Positions 44,446 to 57,110 of a stretch of 64,000 bases of DNA are shown here, one piece after another. The position numbers were made by a program, and so were the translations under genes. Source of the DNA: Adineta vaga (Eukaryota > Animalia > Rotifera); the NCBI GenBank assembly GCA_021613535.1, contig CP075497.1:8556001-8620000 (forward strand), read 5' to 3'. Numbering within the stretch: position 1 is the first letter of the stretch; each line of letters begins with the position of its first letter. Below the pieces are notes generated by a model. That model was not told the DNA's origin. It did not search any database and worked only from the letters and a program-made list of their open reading frames with translations.

Positions 44446-45205
44446 TTTATTGTTTATCTATGTTTTTTCATGATTATCTAAATGATTGACTATTTATCAG
44501 CAGACTTTGGTACGTTCTCCATGAATGCTTTTGATCTATTGATCGTTGTTATCCCCGCTTCTTTTGTATAATATATCAAATACTCACCTTGATTTAACTG
44601 ACGGATCATAATCAGATAGATATATAAAAAATTGACAGTACATACAACAAACTATGATGTATTTTTTTCTAAATCAGATGATGCGGATAAAATACGATAC
44701 TCTATTGTTCATTATGGTTTTTAAAACGAACGTACCTAAAGAAAAATCGCCCATTTTTCTTTTTCAAAATAACCTTGAAAAATACAAATAGACACCATTA
44801 GATTTTACGCGAAATAATAAATCTAATGTATCTCTACTGTTTTTCATTCGAAGTAATAAAAGGTAAATAACATTGTTTGTTCAGAATTATAAAATTTCAA
44901 CTTGTACATTTATTATAATGAAACAATGAGCTTCACTTGTAAATGAAATCATACTATGAATTGAAAGAAATGAATAACTAAATAACTAATCAAAATCTAT
45001 TGAATCAACGTCAAATCTGATTACACATCAAGTGAGTTTAATGAGATAGTCAACATGAAATAATCTTTTTCTCAATGGATGTGAATTATGAATACTTAAT
45101 TACAATATCTAGAATGTACAACAGTTATTTTAACATCGAAATATATCAAGATTTCAAGTAATTTGACAAATTCCACGACTCTAAATCGAATCGTAGATAG
45201 ATTGT

Positions 45206-45550
45206 TTATCTTGATGTTGATGAATATTGTACTAATACTTGACAATGATCATATTCTCGTCTTGTACAAAGATCTTTACACTCTAGAACAATTGTTCTTG
45301 CTTTTCCAACACGTTTTCGAAGATTTTCCATACTTGTTCTACTTCCAGCATAAGAACGGCGAATGTCATAACGCATATCTCGAATAATTTGTAATAAATA
45401 TAAATATTTTTCTGCGAGAATAGCTGATTGTGGTTTGATGATGAATGGTGATTGAGGAGAAAGGGACGATGATGTTGATGAATTGAGATGATTTTTTGAT
45501 ATTAATGAATAACGTAATCGTTTTGTTGTTGTTGAATTCATTACTTTCAT
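45206..45550 (-). CDS. CDK2AP1: CDK2-associated protein (CDK2AP1/2, DOC-1)-like
   Basis: EKYLYLLQIIRDMRYDIRRSYAGSRTSMENLRKRVGKARTIVLEC matches the CDK2AP pattern KY..LL.II......IR..YAGS....E.L......AR..V.EC. Confidence 0.8.
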   Translation of the reverse strand: MKVMNSTTTKRLRYSLISKNHLNSSTSSSLSPQSPFIIKPQSAILAEKYLYLLQIIRDMRYDIRRSYAGSRTSMENLRKRVGKARTIVLECKDLCTRREYDHCQVLVQYSSTSR

Positions 45551-45572
45551 ATGATATTTAAATAGCGCGAAT

Positions 45573-45935
45573 TTAAAGTAATGAACATTGTTGTTTATCA
45601 CGAAATGGATTATCTCTTGGTGATGGAAAACCAACGACAAGTACATCACTTGATTGATGATCGGTAACATAACGAACAAGATCTTTACAAACAATTGAAA
45701 CTTTCGTACGTTCACGTCCTGCTTCTTCGCGTAAATGTTCACATAAACGACGTTGAGTTGCATAAACCGTTTGAACTTGATCTAAAATTTAGAGAGAAAG
45801 AAAATCTAATCAAATTTTATTTTCAATTCACTTACATTCAGGTGCATAAGATCGAGATGAAGAAAAATTGTCAGTAACACGATGAGAAGTAGCAACTTGA
45901 TTATTGGCAGCAGTATTCGTTTGTTGGGTAGACAT
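45573..45935 (-). CDS. GNG: Heterotrimeric G-protein gamma subunit (102 aa), 2 exons; absent from the ORF track
   Basis: Exons 45836-45935 and 45573-45781 (intron 45782-45835). Translation ..QRRLCEHLREEAGRERTKVSIVCKDLVRYVTDHQSSDVLVVGFPSPRDNPFRDKQQCSLL has a GGL domain, NPF motif and CAAX box CSLL. Confidence 0.93.
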
Positions 45936-46665
45936 AGGAAATGATTTTAATTAAAGAATATCTCGTTGAAATGTATTTTTTATCTTAAAAATCTTTTGCA
46001 TAAATTTACACTAATAAAAGAATTTGATTTTTCTTGTTACTTGATGTAAGTATTCATAATCGAATAGATGAATACTTTTATCGTCTATTAAATCTCGACG
46101 ATGAAGACGTGTTGATTGAAGTTCTAGTAATACAAACTAACAATTCTTCGCACAAATATTAGCAAAAAGTTTGAATAGAATCTAAATAGTCAGAAAAGGA
46201 AATAGAAAAAGAAAATATTTAGAGCCTTCTTTTCTTTTTTCTTTCTCGTGTCATCTTCAAATAGGACTATTTCTTTTGATAGATGTTCAAGCGAACTTTT
46301 CCTAGTGCATCCTTTTTCTTTTCTCGCTCTTTGCGCATATTCCCAACAACTAATAAGAAAATGACGTTTCTTTTCAAGGAAGTACGTCCAACGCACACCA
46401 CAGTTTCTTGTTTTTTTTTTTTTGATGCGTTTCAACATAATTATATCTAATAGGCAGGCTGTAGTATAGCAGGAAAAGAAAAGCGAGAAGATAGCATGCA
46501 AAAGAATCACTTGAAACTACTTTCTAGAATGAATTATGAAAAGAAAACTAATTATTTCATATGAAATTTAATCTTGCCTGATGTAATATGTACTTTTATA
46601 TTTTTAATTCAAGATTATAAAAAGAATTCGTATTTATTATTAATTACAAGAGAAAAAAAAGATAT

Positions 46666-48330
46666 TCAATTTTGTGGAATAAAACTCATGGATAAATGTT
46701 CAATATCTTCTTTTATTAATACACTCATGCCCATAAATAGATGTGAACCAATATGACAATGTAATAACCATAAACCAGGATTGTCAGCAATAAAACGAAG
46801 TTTAATCCAACCACATGGTTTTAAATAATTCGATACTGATCGATTTGGTGTTAAATGATCATAAGAAGTTGCGTAGAGTGTTAAAGAATCACGAAAAACA
46901 GGATTATCTATATCTGGAGTTGAGTCAATAGCTGAATTATACATTCCACTACCCATTGAATGTATCCAAAATTTATGTCCATGTAAATGAAATGGATGTG
47001 TTTCACAAACACCATTTGTAGCGACAGTATTTTGAAGAACAATATCAATTAATTGATTTTGCTTGATTGAATATGTTGCATCGTGTGGAAAATTATGTTC
47101 AATACCATTGAAAGCATCATAGATCAATGGTTGTGTTAACGTGATCAAACGTAGTTTATCTAATGTTGCATTATTGGTGAACCATCGCATACCTAAACCA
47201 TCTGCTGTACGAGATTGATAATTATAGAGAAATATTTCACGATCAGCTGCTCGTTTTGGCATATGATCGATACTTAATAATGACTCGAAAGGATTTTCAA
47301 ATGAAAATGAACGTAATTCTTCTTGAGTCGATAAAGATGGTAATGGAATAGATGACAAATCAACTAAATCATTTGCATGCGTACTATAACGTAAGATTCC
47401 TGTACAGCTAAAGAATAGAAAAGAAAGCATTTCACATCAATTCAAATTTGAAATCTAAGATTCGAATTATTCAAATAAGATTTACCTAGAACCACTAACT
47501 AATGTTCTCCATCGAATTGCTAATTGCATAAGAAATATTCCTCTTGTTGGATGATTTGTTTCAATAATAACTGCATATCTTTGTCCAGATGAGAGTTCAA
47601 TTGATTTGATATTTTCTTTGGGTTTAATCAATGTTCCATCGACTTCGACGATTGTCATTGGATGTTCATCGATACCAAAAACAACTGTTGATAATGTTGT
47701 AGAACCAATTAATCGTAAAAGATATTTTCGACCAGGATCAAGCGTTAAAGTGAAATTTGTTTTACCATTGATTAATAAGTATGTTGGTTCACCCTGCCAA
47801 ACAAATGGTGATGCAAGTAAATTGTATTCTTGAGTTAAACGATCAGGTTTTTCCCATGTATCCGAGAAAAGTAAGGGACCTGAAGAAACTTCAGAAACAT
47901 TCCATGGTTTTCTTCTATCGTGTACTATAATACCACCAAATGCAGTAACGGATTGTAAACCAGCATGTGAATGATAAAAATATGTTCCCGACGGATAAGC
48001 ACGAAAAACATACGTAAAAGAATATTGACTTTCAATTGGCATTTGAGTTATATAAGGAACTCCATCCATCTGTGGAGTTTGTCGAACAAGCATTCCATGA
48101 AAATGTATTGCTAGACGTTCACTTGCTGGTAAATTATTCTGTACATGAATAATAATAATATCATTAAGTTCAGCTTCGATTAATGGACCAGGAATTTGAT
48201 TATTAATAAGAACAATAGAAGCAGAATTTACAGCATAAGATACATTGAAGTGATAAACAATACGATGATTAACAATAGCAACAGATTTTGTTAAAGATAA
48301 TATGGATAGAAAAATATAAATACAAATCAT
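46666..48330 (-). CDS. Secreted multicopper oxidase, L-ascorbate oxidase/laccase-like, 2 exons
   Basis: Signal peptide; IHFHG, GTYFYHSH, HPFHLHGH, NPGLWLLHCHIGSHLFMGM; intron 47408-47485. Confidence 0.93.
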
Positions 48331-49343
48331 CGTATTCAAAATAAATAAAACAAAAGATATAAATTATATAAAAGTTCACCAAGATGATTTATAAAATGGT
48401 ATTGATCGATAGTTGTTTCTTTTCAATAGAAGATAGGGCCGACTTAATCGACTAAAACGATATGTTGTTCGTGCCTATTCAAGGATGACTTCTTTCTTCT
48501 GTCGTATAGAAATGAAATAGTAAACATAATTTATTCGTTCTTTGATATCATGTAAACAGAACAGGTTAACTTTCTACATTCTGTATATTTTTCATCATAT
48601 CGATCTATTAAACTAAATGACTTGACAGTACAATAATTTAGTCACACATTACTTTCATACAATTATATTTTAGGTGTATATATTCATTCACTTCGTTAAT
48701 GCGTTCATATTCAAATGAAGAAGAGAAGAAAATGATGATTGTATTTCGATGTGTTTCAGGTCGTTGATTAATGTTCTGATAGGAGTAGAGAATTGTTTTT
48801 TTTTCAGGTGCAATTTTAATTCGTATTCATGAGAAAGTCTTTGAATTATATCAAAAGTTTCGTACTGAAATCAGATTCCTAGATTGTTTTTTATTGTCAT
48901 ATAATTCCTGAAAGATAGTTATATCAATATACTTCATATAGTTAAATATAAACTTTGTATGGTTATTAATGATATATGTTGCTTTATTTGAATTTTTTAT
49001 TGCAAATATTTTAATAAAAGCCGAACTAAATGCAACATCCCACGCAGTTACTGACGTTTTCTTCATTCGTCAATTTATACGTGACAGAAAGAATAATAAT
49101 AAAAAAAAAGAAGAAGAAGAAGAAAGAAAAACCTTCTCAGACTCAACACTATGCTGGGATACCGATGCGACATGAAAGAGAAGAAAAACTTTTTTCTCTC
49201 ATTCTCATTTTTTAACGGCACAGTATTTTTTTTACTCTCTGTCAACAATTCATTTATTCGCGATTTTTCTCTGCCCTTATAAATATAACTGACTGTGATT
49301 AATTCCATACGTTTTTCTACTCTCTATATTCATACAAGCAACT

Positions 49344-50443
49344 ATGGCAACACCTGGTATAACAACGATTGAACAATTGAGCATTGAAAATCCATCATAT
49401 GTCGCTGATCCAAATGATCCAACTGAACATATTGTGGATGATGATATTCTTCCTCCAATGCAATTCGATCGTAAAACACGACCTCAATCAGCTCGAACAA
49501 CTCGATCAACAACTAGTCGATCTTCAGTGAATAATCTCGATGGTCGTATATCATGTTTTGATTATCATGCATCAAGATATTTCTCCTATCGAGTATGTGA
49601 AATAATTGAAAATTATGTGAAAATTTTGTTTTTTAATCAAATATAGGATCAAGGATTTGAAAAAGCACTTTTAAATATTCATCAAGGATTCTTTCCTCAA
49701 ACTGAATTTACAGCTGAATATCGTGATAATCTAATGAAACGATCATGGCTATTGATTGAGTGAATAAATTATTTTGTTTAAACAATATCTTGATTTTAAT
49801 TCAAATATATCTCTTTATAGTATTGATCATTGGGATTTACATCGTGAAGTGATTGTTATCATTAATGATAATCATATTTTAATTGTTCGATATAATTTTA
49901 TCAAAGAAACGATTATCTATTCTCAAACAATTCGTTTTGATGATGTCCGTTCAGTTACATATGGTACATGTAGTTATCCGGATAAATCGCTCATGGGGTA
50001 ATGATTTGTTACTATTATTTTTTCTTTTGAACGATTTCTCTTTATGTTAATATATTAGTGAATTTATATATGGTGGAGTTAAGATTATTCATGGAGATGA
50101 ACCATCATTTTTTACACGATGGAATCCAGCTGCTCAAACAAATGTACATATCTTTGTATCACATCATTTAGCTTATAATGATCATGAACGCGAAACAACT
50201 TATTATAATTGTGATGAATTTATTCAATCATTTGATATAGGTAAGAAGCAGAAGAAGAAAAAATAATAATATTTGGATTTTTCTTTTATGATTTAGCTTT
50301 AACTGCTTATCGTCGAGCAAAGAATGAACCAAAAATAGAATTTGTTGAAGACAAAGTTACTATTCCAAGTTATGCCAGTGTTTGGTCTGTATATTCAATC
50401 AGAATTAGGTTTCAATCGTGATCGAAATGGAGCTAATTGGTAA
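49344..50443 (+). CDS. TPRG1L: TPRG1/TPRG1L-like (hSac2 domain) protein, 5 exons; apparent frameshift near 50390
   Basis: SWLLIEIDHWDLHRE.., RYNFI, YP.KSL, FTRWNP, SH, I.SYAS. The conserved-looking ending ELGFNRDRNGANW lies in a shifted frame. Confidence 0.8.
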
Positions 50444-50519
50444 TGATTGTTCTTTTTTTTTTGTCGAATGAAAACAAAGATTTTTCTTTTGATCCAAAAC
50501 AATAAACATGATCTTTGTG

Positions 50520-50990
50520 TTAATGAGTGACTTTATTTGATGTTTCATCGGCTATTGAGCTAAGCCATACAATATTTCGATGTAGTTGTTTCATATAATC
50601 AAATAAATGACCATCATTTCCTTCGTTTTGTAATTCTTTAATTGTTCGAATTAATGCCGCATTTTCTCGAAGTAACTAAAACAAAATTATTAGAAGTCTG
50701 AATTCTCAATGAAGAAAAAAAACCAACATAATATTTAACGATATATCTGTCACAAAATGAGTTAGATCGACTAAATAAATACTATGAAGTATATGATTAG
50801 TCACAAGTAGAACTAATTTTATTAAATATATCGCTATCGAACTTCAGAACGATTGATTTTCTTTAAAAACGAGATGGGTGTGATGAATCTCAATGTCAAT
50901 CGGAAAAATTCATCTTACATTAGTTACTGTTTGTTCATCACCTGGATAAGTTTTGCCTGTTTGTGGATCAGTTAAAAAGATTTTCGACAT
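50520..50990 (-). CDS. SS18L2: SS18-like protein 2 (SNH/SSXT domain only, 75 aa), 2 exons
   Basis: Exons 50919-50990 and 50520-50675: MSKIFLTDPQTGKTYPGDEQTVTN|LLRENAALIRTIKELQNEG..YMKQLHRNIVWLSSIAD. Confidence 0.85.
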
Positions 50991-51123
50991 ATGAAAATCT
51001 AAAAACAAATCAATACGATATTTAATCTTACTGTTCGAGATATATATACAATGAAGAAAGAACATTGAATGGGAATTATTACAAAAACAAAACAACACAT
51101 ATAGTGAGATAGAAACATGATGA

Positions 51124-52086
51124 TTAAGGTGGCAGTTGCTGTTGATAACCGGATGGATACTGTTGACTAGATATGCGAGATGTATTTTGCCATTGTTGTT
51201 GCATGAGATAGTTTTGTTGTGGATGATAGAATTGTTGTCGTTCATCATAATTATTAGGCAAAACTTGTTGAGAATTAGATTGAGAGGAAAGATCTAAAAT
51301 GATCGGATTTATTTTTACATGAAAAATAAACAATGGAAATATCAAACTACTTTGCTGATGATACATAGGATACTGTCCATAACTGTATTGTTGTTGTTGT
51401 TGTTGAGATAATGAGGATTTATTGGGTAAATGAGATGATGATGTCTGTAAATTCATGTTAGTATCAACAGATGTCGCAGTAATAGTTTGCGTTCGATAAA
51501 CTAAAATGAAATACAAAATTGAGAATTTCTCACAACTGTGAATGAGTATTCTTGTATATTGAACAATATTCAACGAAAATAAAGTTATTTCTCACTTGAA
51601 TCAGATTGATTTTGTTGTATTGCATTTCCATTCTATAAAACAGATGCGAATCGAAGTTTTAGTATTTCAAGATATTCCTACCATCACTGATGATTGTATT
51701 TGATTGAAAGCATCTGGTGGCTAAATAGAATATCCATTTAGATACAAAATTGAACATATATATACTAACTGGTAGATTATTTGAATAGTAAGATGCATTT
51801 GGATCAAATTGAGTTAGATAATTCAAATTTTGATATAATGTTCGTTGATATCTAAACATAATTAATGAATGTACGTATGTAAAAAAAAGTATGGAAATTC
51901 ACTCCAAGCACTTCGCTTGTTTTCCTGTCGTTTGCAAATCCAGGATTAAGATAATTAATTGTGAATTATCATCTAATAACTACAAAACGCCGCTATTTTC
52001 ATTTCAATTCCGAATCAATTTACTTTTTGTATTGTTGATTTTTGTTGTACTACAGTTGATGAATGGTACTGTTGTTGCATATTCAT
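51124..52086 (-). CDS. SS18: SS18/CREST-like BAF subunit: N-terminal SNH domain + Q/P/Y-rich tail, ~7 exons
   Basis: STIQK|LLDDNSQLIILILDLQTTGKQAKCLE|YQRTLYQNLNYLTQF, then a QPGY-like tail ending QQYPSGYQQQLPP. Confidence 0.8.
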
Positions 52087-52272
52087 GGTTCTATAATTAA
52101 CTTTCTCTAAAACATGAGACAAGACAAGGATGAAATAAAAATAAAAATACTTCAAACTAAGTCAAAAAAATGAACCAATAAATAGAAATATAGATGACGC
52201 CTTGATATATCTTGGTTATGTCATTCATTGCGATATATGTAAAGTGCAGAAAAAAAAGTTATTATTTTAACC
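52087..52272. promoter_or_regulatory. Putative bidirectional promoter SS18 / LIAS
   Basis: Head-to-head start codons 186 nt apart; CCAAT at ~52174. Confidence 0.5.
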
Positions 52273-53415
52273 ATGATGAAAAATATTCTTCAACGAACTT
52301 CAATTAATTCTTTGTATTTTAATCGTTATATACATGAAAAATCTCGTTTAGAGAATGGACCTGATTTTGAATATTTTCTTCAACAGAAAAAATCTGACGA
52401 TTATCAAGGTAATTTAGTATTACGTAAAGGTGAACAACGTTTACGAATACCACCATGGTTAAAAACAGATATTCCTATGGGAGAGAATTATACAAAATTA
52501 ACCAAAACTTTATCAAAATTAAATCTAAATACTGTTTGTGTCGAAGCCAAATGTCCAAATATAGGTAATTCATTCGTTTTGACTATATGAATTACATTCA
52601 TTTTCTTATAATCAATTCTAGGTGAATGTTGGAATGGCGGTGAAGATCGTATTGCCACAGCAACAATTATGCTACTAGGTGATGAATGTACTCGTGGTTG
52701 TCGTTTTTGTTCTGTTAAAACTTCACGTAAACCGGCACAGCCTGATCCAAATGAACCAGAAAATACAGCAAATGCAATCTGTTCATGGGATATTGATTAT
52801 ATTGTATTAACATCTGTTGATCGAGATGATCTATCTGATCAAGGTTCATCACATATAGCAGAAACAATTCGTTTAATAAAACAGAAGAAACCAAGTTTGC
52901 TTGTCGAATGTTTAACACCTGATTTTCGTGGTGATAAAAAATGTATCGAAACAATTGTAAAATCGAATTTAGATGTTTATGCACATAATGTGGAAACTGT
53001 TCAAGAATTACAATCACATGTACGTGATTATCGAGCGAATTTCGAGCAATCATTAAATGTTCTCATCCATGCAAAAGAAGTCAATCCCAATCTTATTACA
53101 AAAACATCAATAATGTTAGGTTTAGGTGAAACCAACGAGCAGATTCGTAAAACAATGCAACAAATACGTTCGCGTGCTAATGTAGATTGTTTGACATTAG
53201 GACAATATATGCAACCAACGCGACGGCATTTGAAAGTCAAAGAATATATTCGACCTGAAATATTTCAAGAATTGAAAGAATATGGTGAATCAATTGGATT
53301 TCTTTATGTTGCAAGTGGACCACTTGTTCGTTCGTCTTATCGTGCTGGAGAGTATTTTATTAAAAATATTCTTAAAGATAAACATCGAAAGAAAGAAGCA
53401 ACAGCTGTTGCTTAA
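52273..53415 (+). CDS. LIAS: Mitochondrial lipoyl synthase, 2 exons
   Basis: [12 protein letters not shown] (CX4CX5C), CTRGCRFC radical-SAM motif, [15 protein letters not shown]; intron 52565-52621. Confidence 0.97.
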
Positions 53416-53991
53416 ATGTAAATCATATCTGATTTTTTTAATTAGTCATGCGAATACATGTAAATTTTTTACTCAGGAAATGTTCTATATATTATTCTCA
53501 AATTGATTATTGATTGAAAAAGAAAAGGTTCTTCTCTTTTTTAGATATATGTATATATTTCATAATACGATTCGGTTACAGTCATGATATAATAGCGAAC
53601 TATTTTATTCTATGTACTTGTCAGTCATCTTAGTCGATTATATTGTGTTGTCATGGTGATATGTGTTAGAGAATATTAAAGAAATGTCAAAATTGTCCTG
53701 TTTTACTTCTATAGGATCTTTCGCAGAGTTCAATTTTTAATAATTCGAAGCTGGTTGTAAATAAAAGATTTGTTCAGTTTCATTAATGACAATAATAACA
53801 ACAAGAAGTAGTTTCATGTTTCTATGGATTATATCCGCCGCTGTATATTTGTTTTTCGCTTTCCTTTCGTTTTTTGATTCGTTAAAATCGATTCGTTATG
53901 ATGAAGAACGATAACATTGACAAGCATACATCCGAATTAGTTTTGTTTATTTGAAAAAAATACAAATTTTCTTTTTTTCGCGTCATTTTAG

Positions 53992-56704
53992 ATGTCATTT
54001 CCCGTTTCTCGATATCTTTATTGGTTTATTTATCGTCGTCGAAATAGATTTGCCATTGTTCTCGTTCTTATTTTTACAATTCTTTTTTTCATTTATATAA
54101 GTCACAGTAAATCCCCATCTGCTCCTATTACCGAGGATAAGAAGGAAAAAAGAAGTGCAAGAGGCGAAACAATTCGGATTAATCGAGAAACTTATACAAT
54201 ACCTGAACCATGTCGTAGTTGCCCTGGTGAAAATGGAGCTGGTGTATCATTAACAGTAACTAGAATCAAAATTTCAGCAGATAAAGTTGTCTATGTGTTT
54301 AATTTCGTTCTAGGCTGACGAATCAAAAGGTTTAGAAGAAATCGTGAAAAAAGAATTTTTCAATTTACGAGCAAGCGATAAAGTGTCATTATGGAGATCT
54401 ATCCCTGATACTCGAGATGGAATGTATGTGATTAGCTAAATATGCTTTCTTATTTGTTATGTATTCTGTTTTGAAAAAAAAACAGGTGTCATTCAGTTCA
54501 ATATCCAACAGATCTACCCAGTGCATCAGTTGTCATTGTTTTTAAGAATGAACGTTGGTCACCAGTACTTCGAACAGTTTATTCAGTTCTCAATCGGTCA
54601 CCAAAACATTTATTGAAAGAAGTGATTTTAGTTGATGATCTATCAGATATTGGTAAGAAAGAGTGACTTATAATAGAACAAAAACGAATGATCGGAATAT
54701 TTCTTCAGAGGAAATGGGTCAAAAATTGGATGAATATTGTGAAAAGCATTTTGGAGATTTGGTCCGAATTCTACGAGCACCAAATCGACTTGGTTTGATT
54801 AAAGCAAAAAATTATGGAGCAAAGAATGGTGAGTTTCTTTTTTTCAAAAATAATATGCAATTCAAAGTTTTGTTTCGATAGCTACTGGTGATGTCGTTGT
54901 TTTTCTTGATGCTCATTGTGAAGCAAATGTTGGATGGTAAGTAAAAAAAACACGAATTTTTTGAATAAGTATGATAAAACGAAAATTTTTGTGTGTTATA
55001 GGTTAGAACCTCTTCTTGCTCGAATTAAAGAAAAACGTTCGGCAATTCTATGTCCCAGTATTGATATGATTAGTGAACATAATATGCAATATAGTGTAAT
55101 GAAGATTTATTATCTTGTTAACGATTTATTTGTTTCGGTTTTTAGGGTACTGGTTTTGGAAGTGTAGGTGGTTTTTGGTGGTCATTACACTTTAATTGGA
55201 AACCAATTCCACAAAGAACACTTAATGCACAAAAATCAAGAATTGATCCTTATCCGTGCGTGTCTTAGGTAGTTTTTCTTTAGCACGAAAAGCAGAGAGA
55301 GATATATATCTTAGGATTAAGTTCTTCTTTTGCAGTCTAGTTTAGGCTCAACAAGAAAATGATATGGATTTAACAGAGAGAGAGAGGTGAATCATCATTT
55401 AAACATTCTGAACACTGAATATAATATCGAAACTACTAGATTACATGAACAATAATTTATATATTATAACTATACAAATTGTGATCACGTAGAAAAAATA
55501 GCTTTGCTGAGCTTGTATTTTGTACTTTTCACATTTAGATCACCAACAATGGCTGGCGGTCTTCTGGCTGCAGATAGAAAGTATTTCTTTGAAATCGGTG
55601 GTTACGGTAAGATATTGATTTGTAATTAATTAACTTATTTCATTTATCTTCAAATGTTTTATTAGATGAAGATATGGAAGTATGATTTTATGGATGAAAT
55701 TGAATGTTAAATTCTTTATATAAATATCTAGGTTTGGGGAGGTGAAAATTTAGAATTATCATTCCGTGTTTGGATGTGTCATGGTAGTCTAGAATTCGTA
55801 CCATGTTCTCGTGTTGGACATATTTTTCGACCAGGACATCCATACAATATGACGGGTTTAAAAGGTAATTTTCTATTTTTAATTAGTATTTGAAAGAAAA
55901 TAAAAGAGACATTTTTTTTAAATTGTCTAGGTAAAGGTGACGTTCACGGTCGAAATTCGATGCGTTTAGCAGAAGTATGGATGGATGATTACAAACGATT
56001 ATATTATATGCATCGTCGAGAACTTATAGTAGGATATTTGAATTGAATTTTCAGTGAAATAAATCAGCTATTACGTTTTAGGGTAAAGATTTTGGTGATG
56101 TTGAAGAACGGCGAGCGATTCGTACTCGTTTGCAATGTCATTCATTTAAATGGTTTCTTGATAATGTCTTTCCGGAAAAATTCATTTTAGATGAAAATGT
56201 TCTTGCATATGGAGAAGTAAGAGAAAGTTCTTGCTCAAAAAATAGTTTAATCATACATTGCATTTATTCCTATGCTAGGTTAGAAATCCATATACTAGAT
56301 TATGTTTAGATACATTAGGTAAAGATGAAAAAGGAACGATTTCATTAGCAGTTTATTCGTGTCAAAATGGTGCATCAGCTAATCAATATCTTTCTTTAAC
56401 AAAAACGGATCAATTACGTCGAGAAGATACATGTTCGATTACGTTGGATTCATCATCAATTGTTTTAACAAACTGTGATTTTAGTAATCAGAAACAATCA
56501 TGGAAACATGAAAAAGTAACATAAGTTTTCTCGATTTCATTTCAATTATTTTCATTTGTTTTTAAGAATGGAACTCTTATTCATTATCCAAGTAAACTTT
56601 GTCTTGATGTCGAAGGTCTTTCCAATGATGATCAAGTGAAATTAAAACCATGTGAAGCTAACAAACTATCTCAAATATGGTTATTTGAACATTATTTAAC
56701 TTAA
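53992..56704 (+). CDS. GALNT: Polypeptide N-acetylgalactosaminyltransferase with ricin-B lectin domain, multi-exon
   Basis: Type II TM; [26 protein letters not shown] (DxH), [34 protein letters not shown]; lectin CLD..QxW repeats. Confidence 0.95.
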
Positions 56705-57084
56705 GTATTTATTTCTTAAACATTCCTTCATATTTTCTCTTATAAACAATTCCTTAAATATTCCATGAAAATCGTGTTTGTTTTCTCTCTTTTTATTGTT
56801 ATTATTGCTTTCCTCTTATTTCTGTGATATTAATTAGAAAATACTTCGAAATAATACAATATACTTATGAAATCTTTTTATACCATATTTATGGTATATG
56901 TCTATTTGTAAGAAATTTTCATTTAATGCTTGATACTAACAACAATGTATATGAGAGAAAAGATACACATTTTTTAAAGAATAGCTGAGAATTAAGAGTA
57001 TAAAATCAAAGAAATCTTGTTGAATAACTTTTCTTCAACTTCCACATCTAAATATAAAGCATTGAAACATTGAAGAATCTATAA

Positions 57085-57092
57085 TGACGTCA
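57085..57092. promoter_or_regulatory. Perfect CRE palindrome TGACGTCA upstream of UNG
   Basis: Direct read, ~170 nt before the UNG ATG. Confidence 0.4.
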
Positions 57093-57110
57093 TCGATCAA
57101 AGCATTCTGT

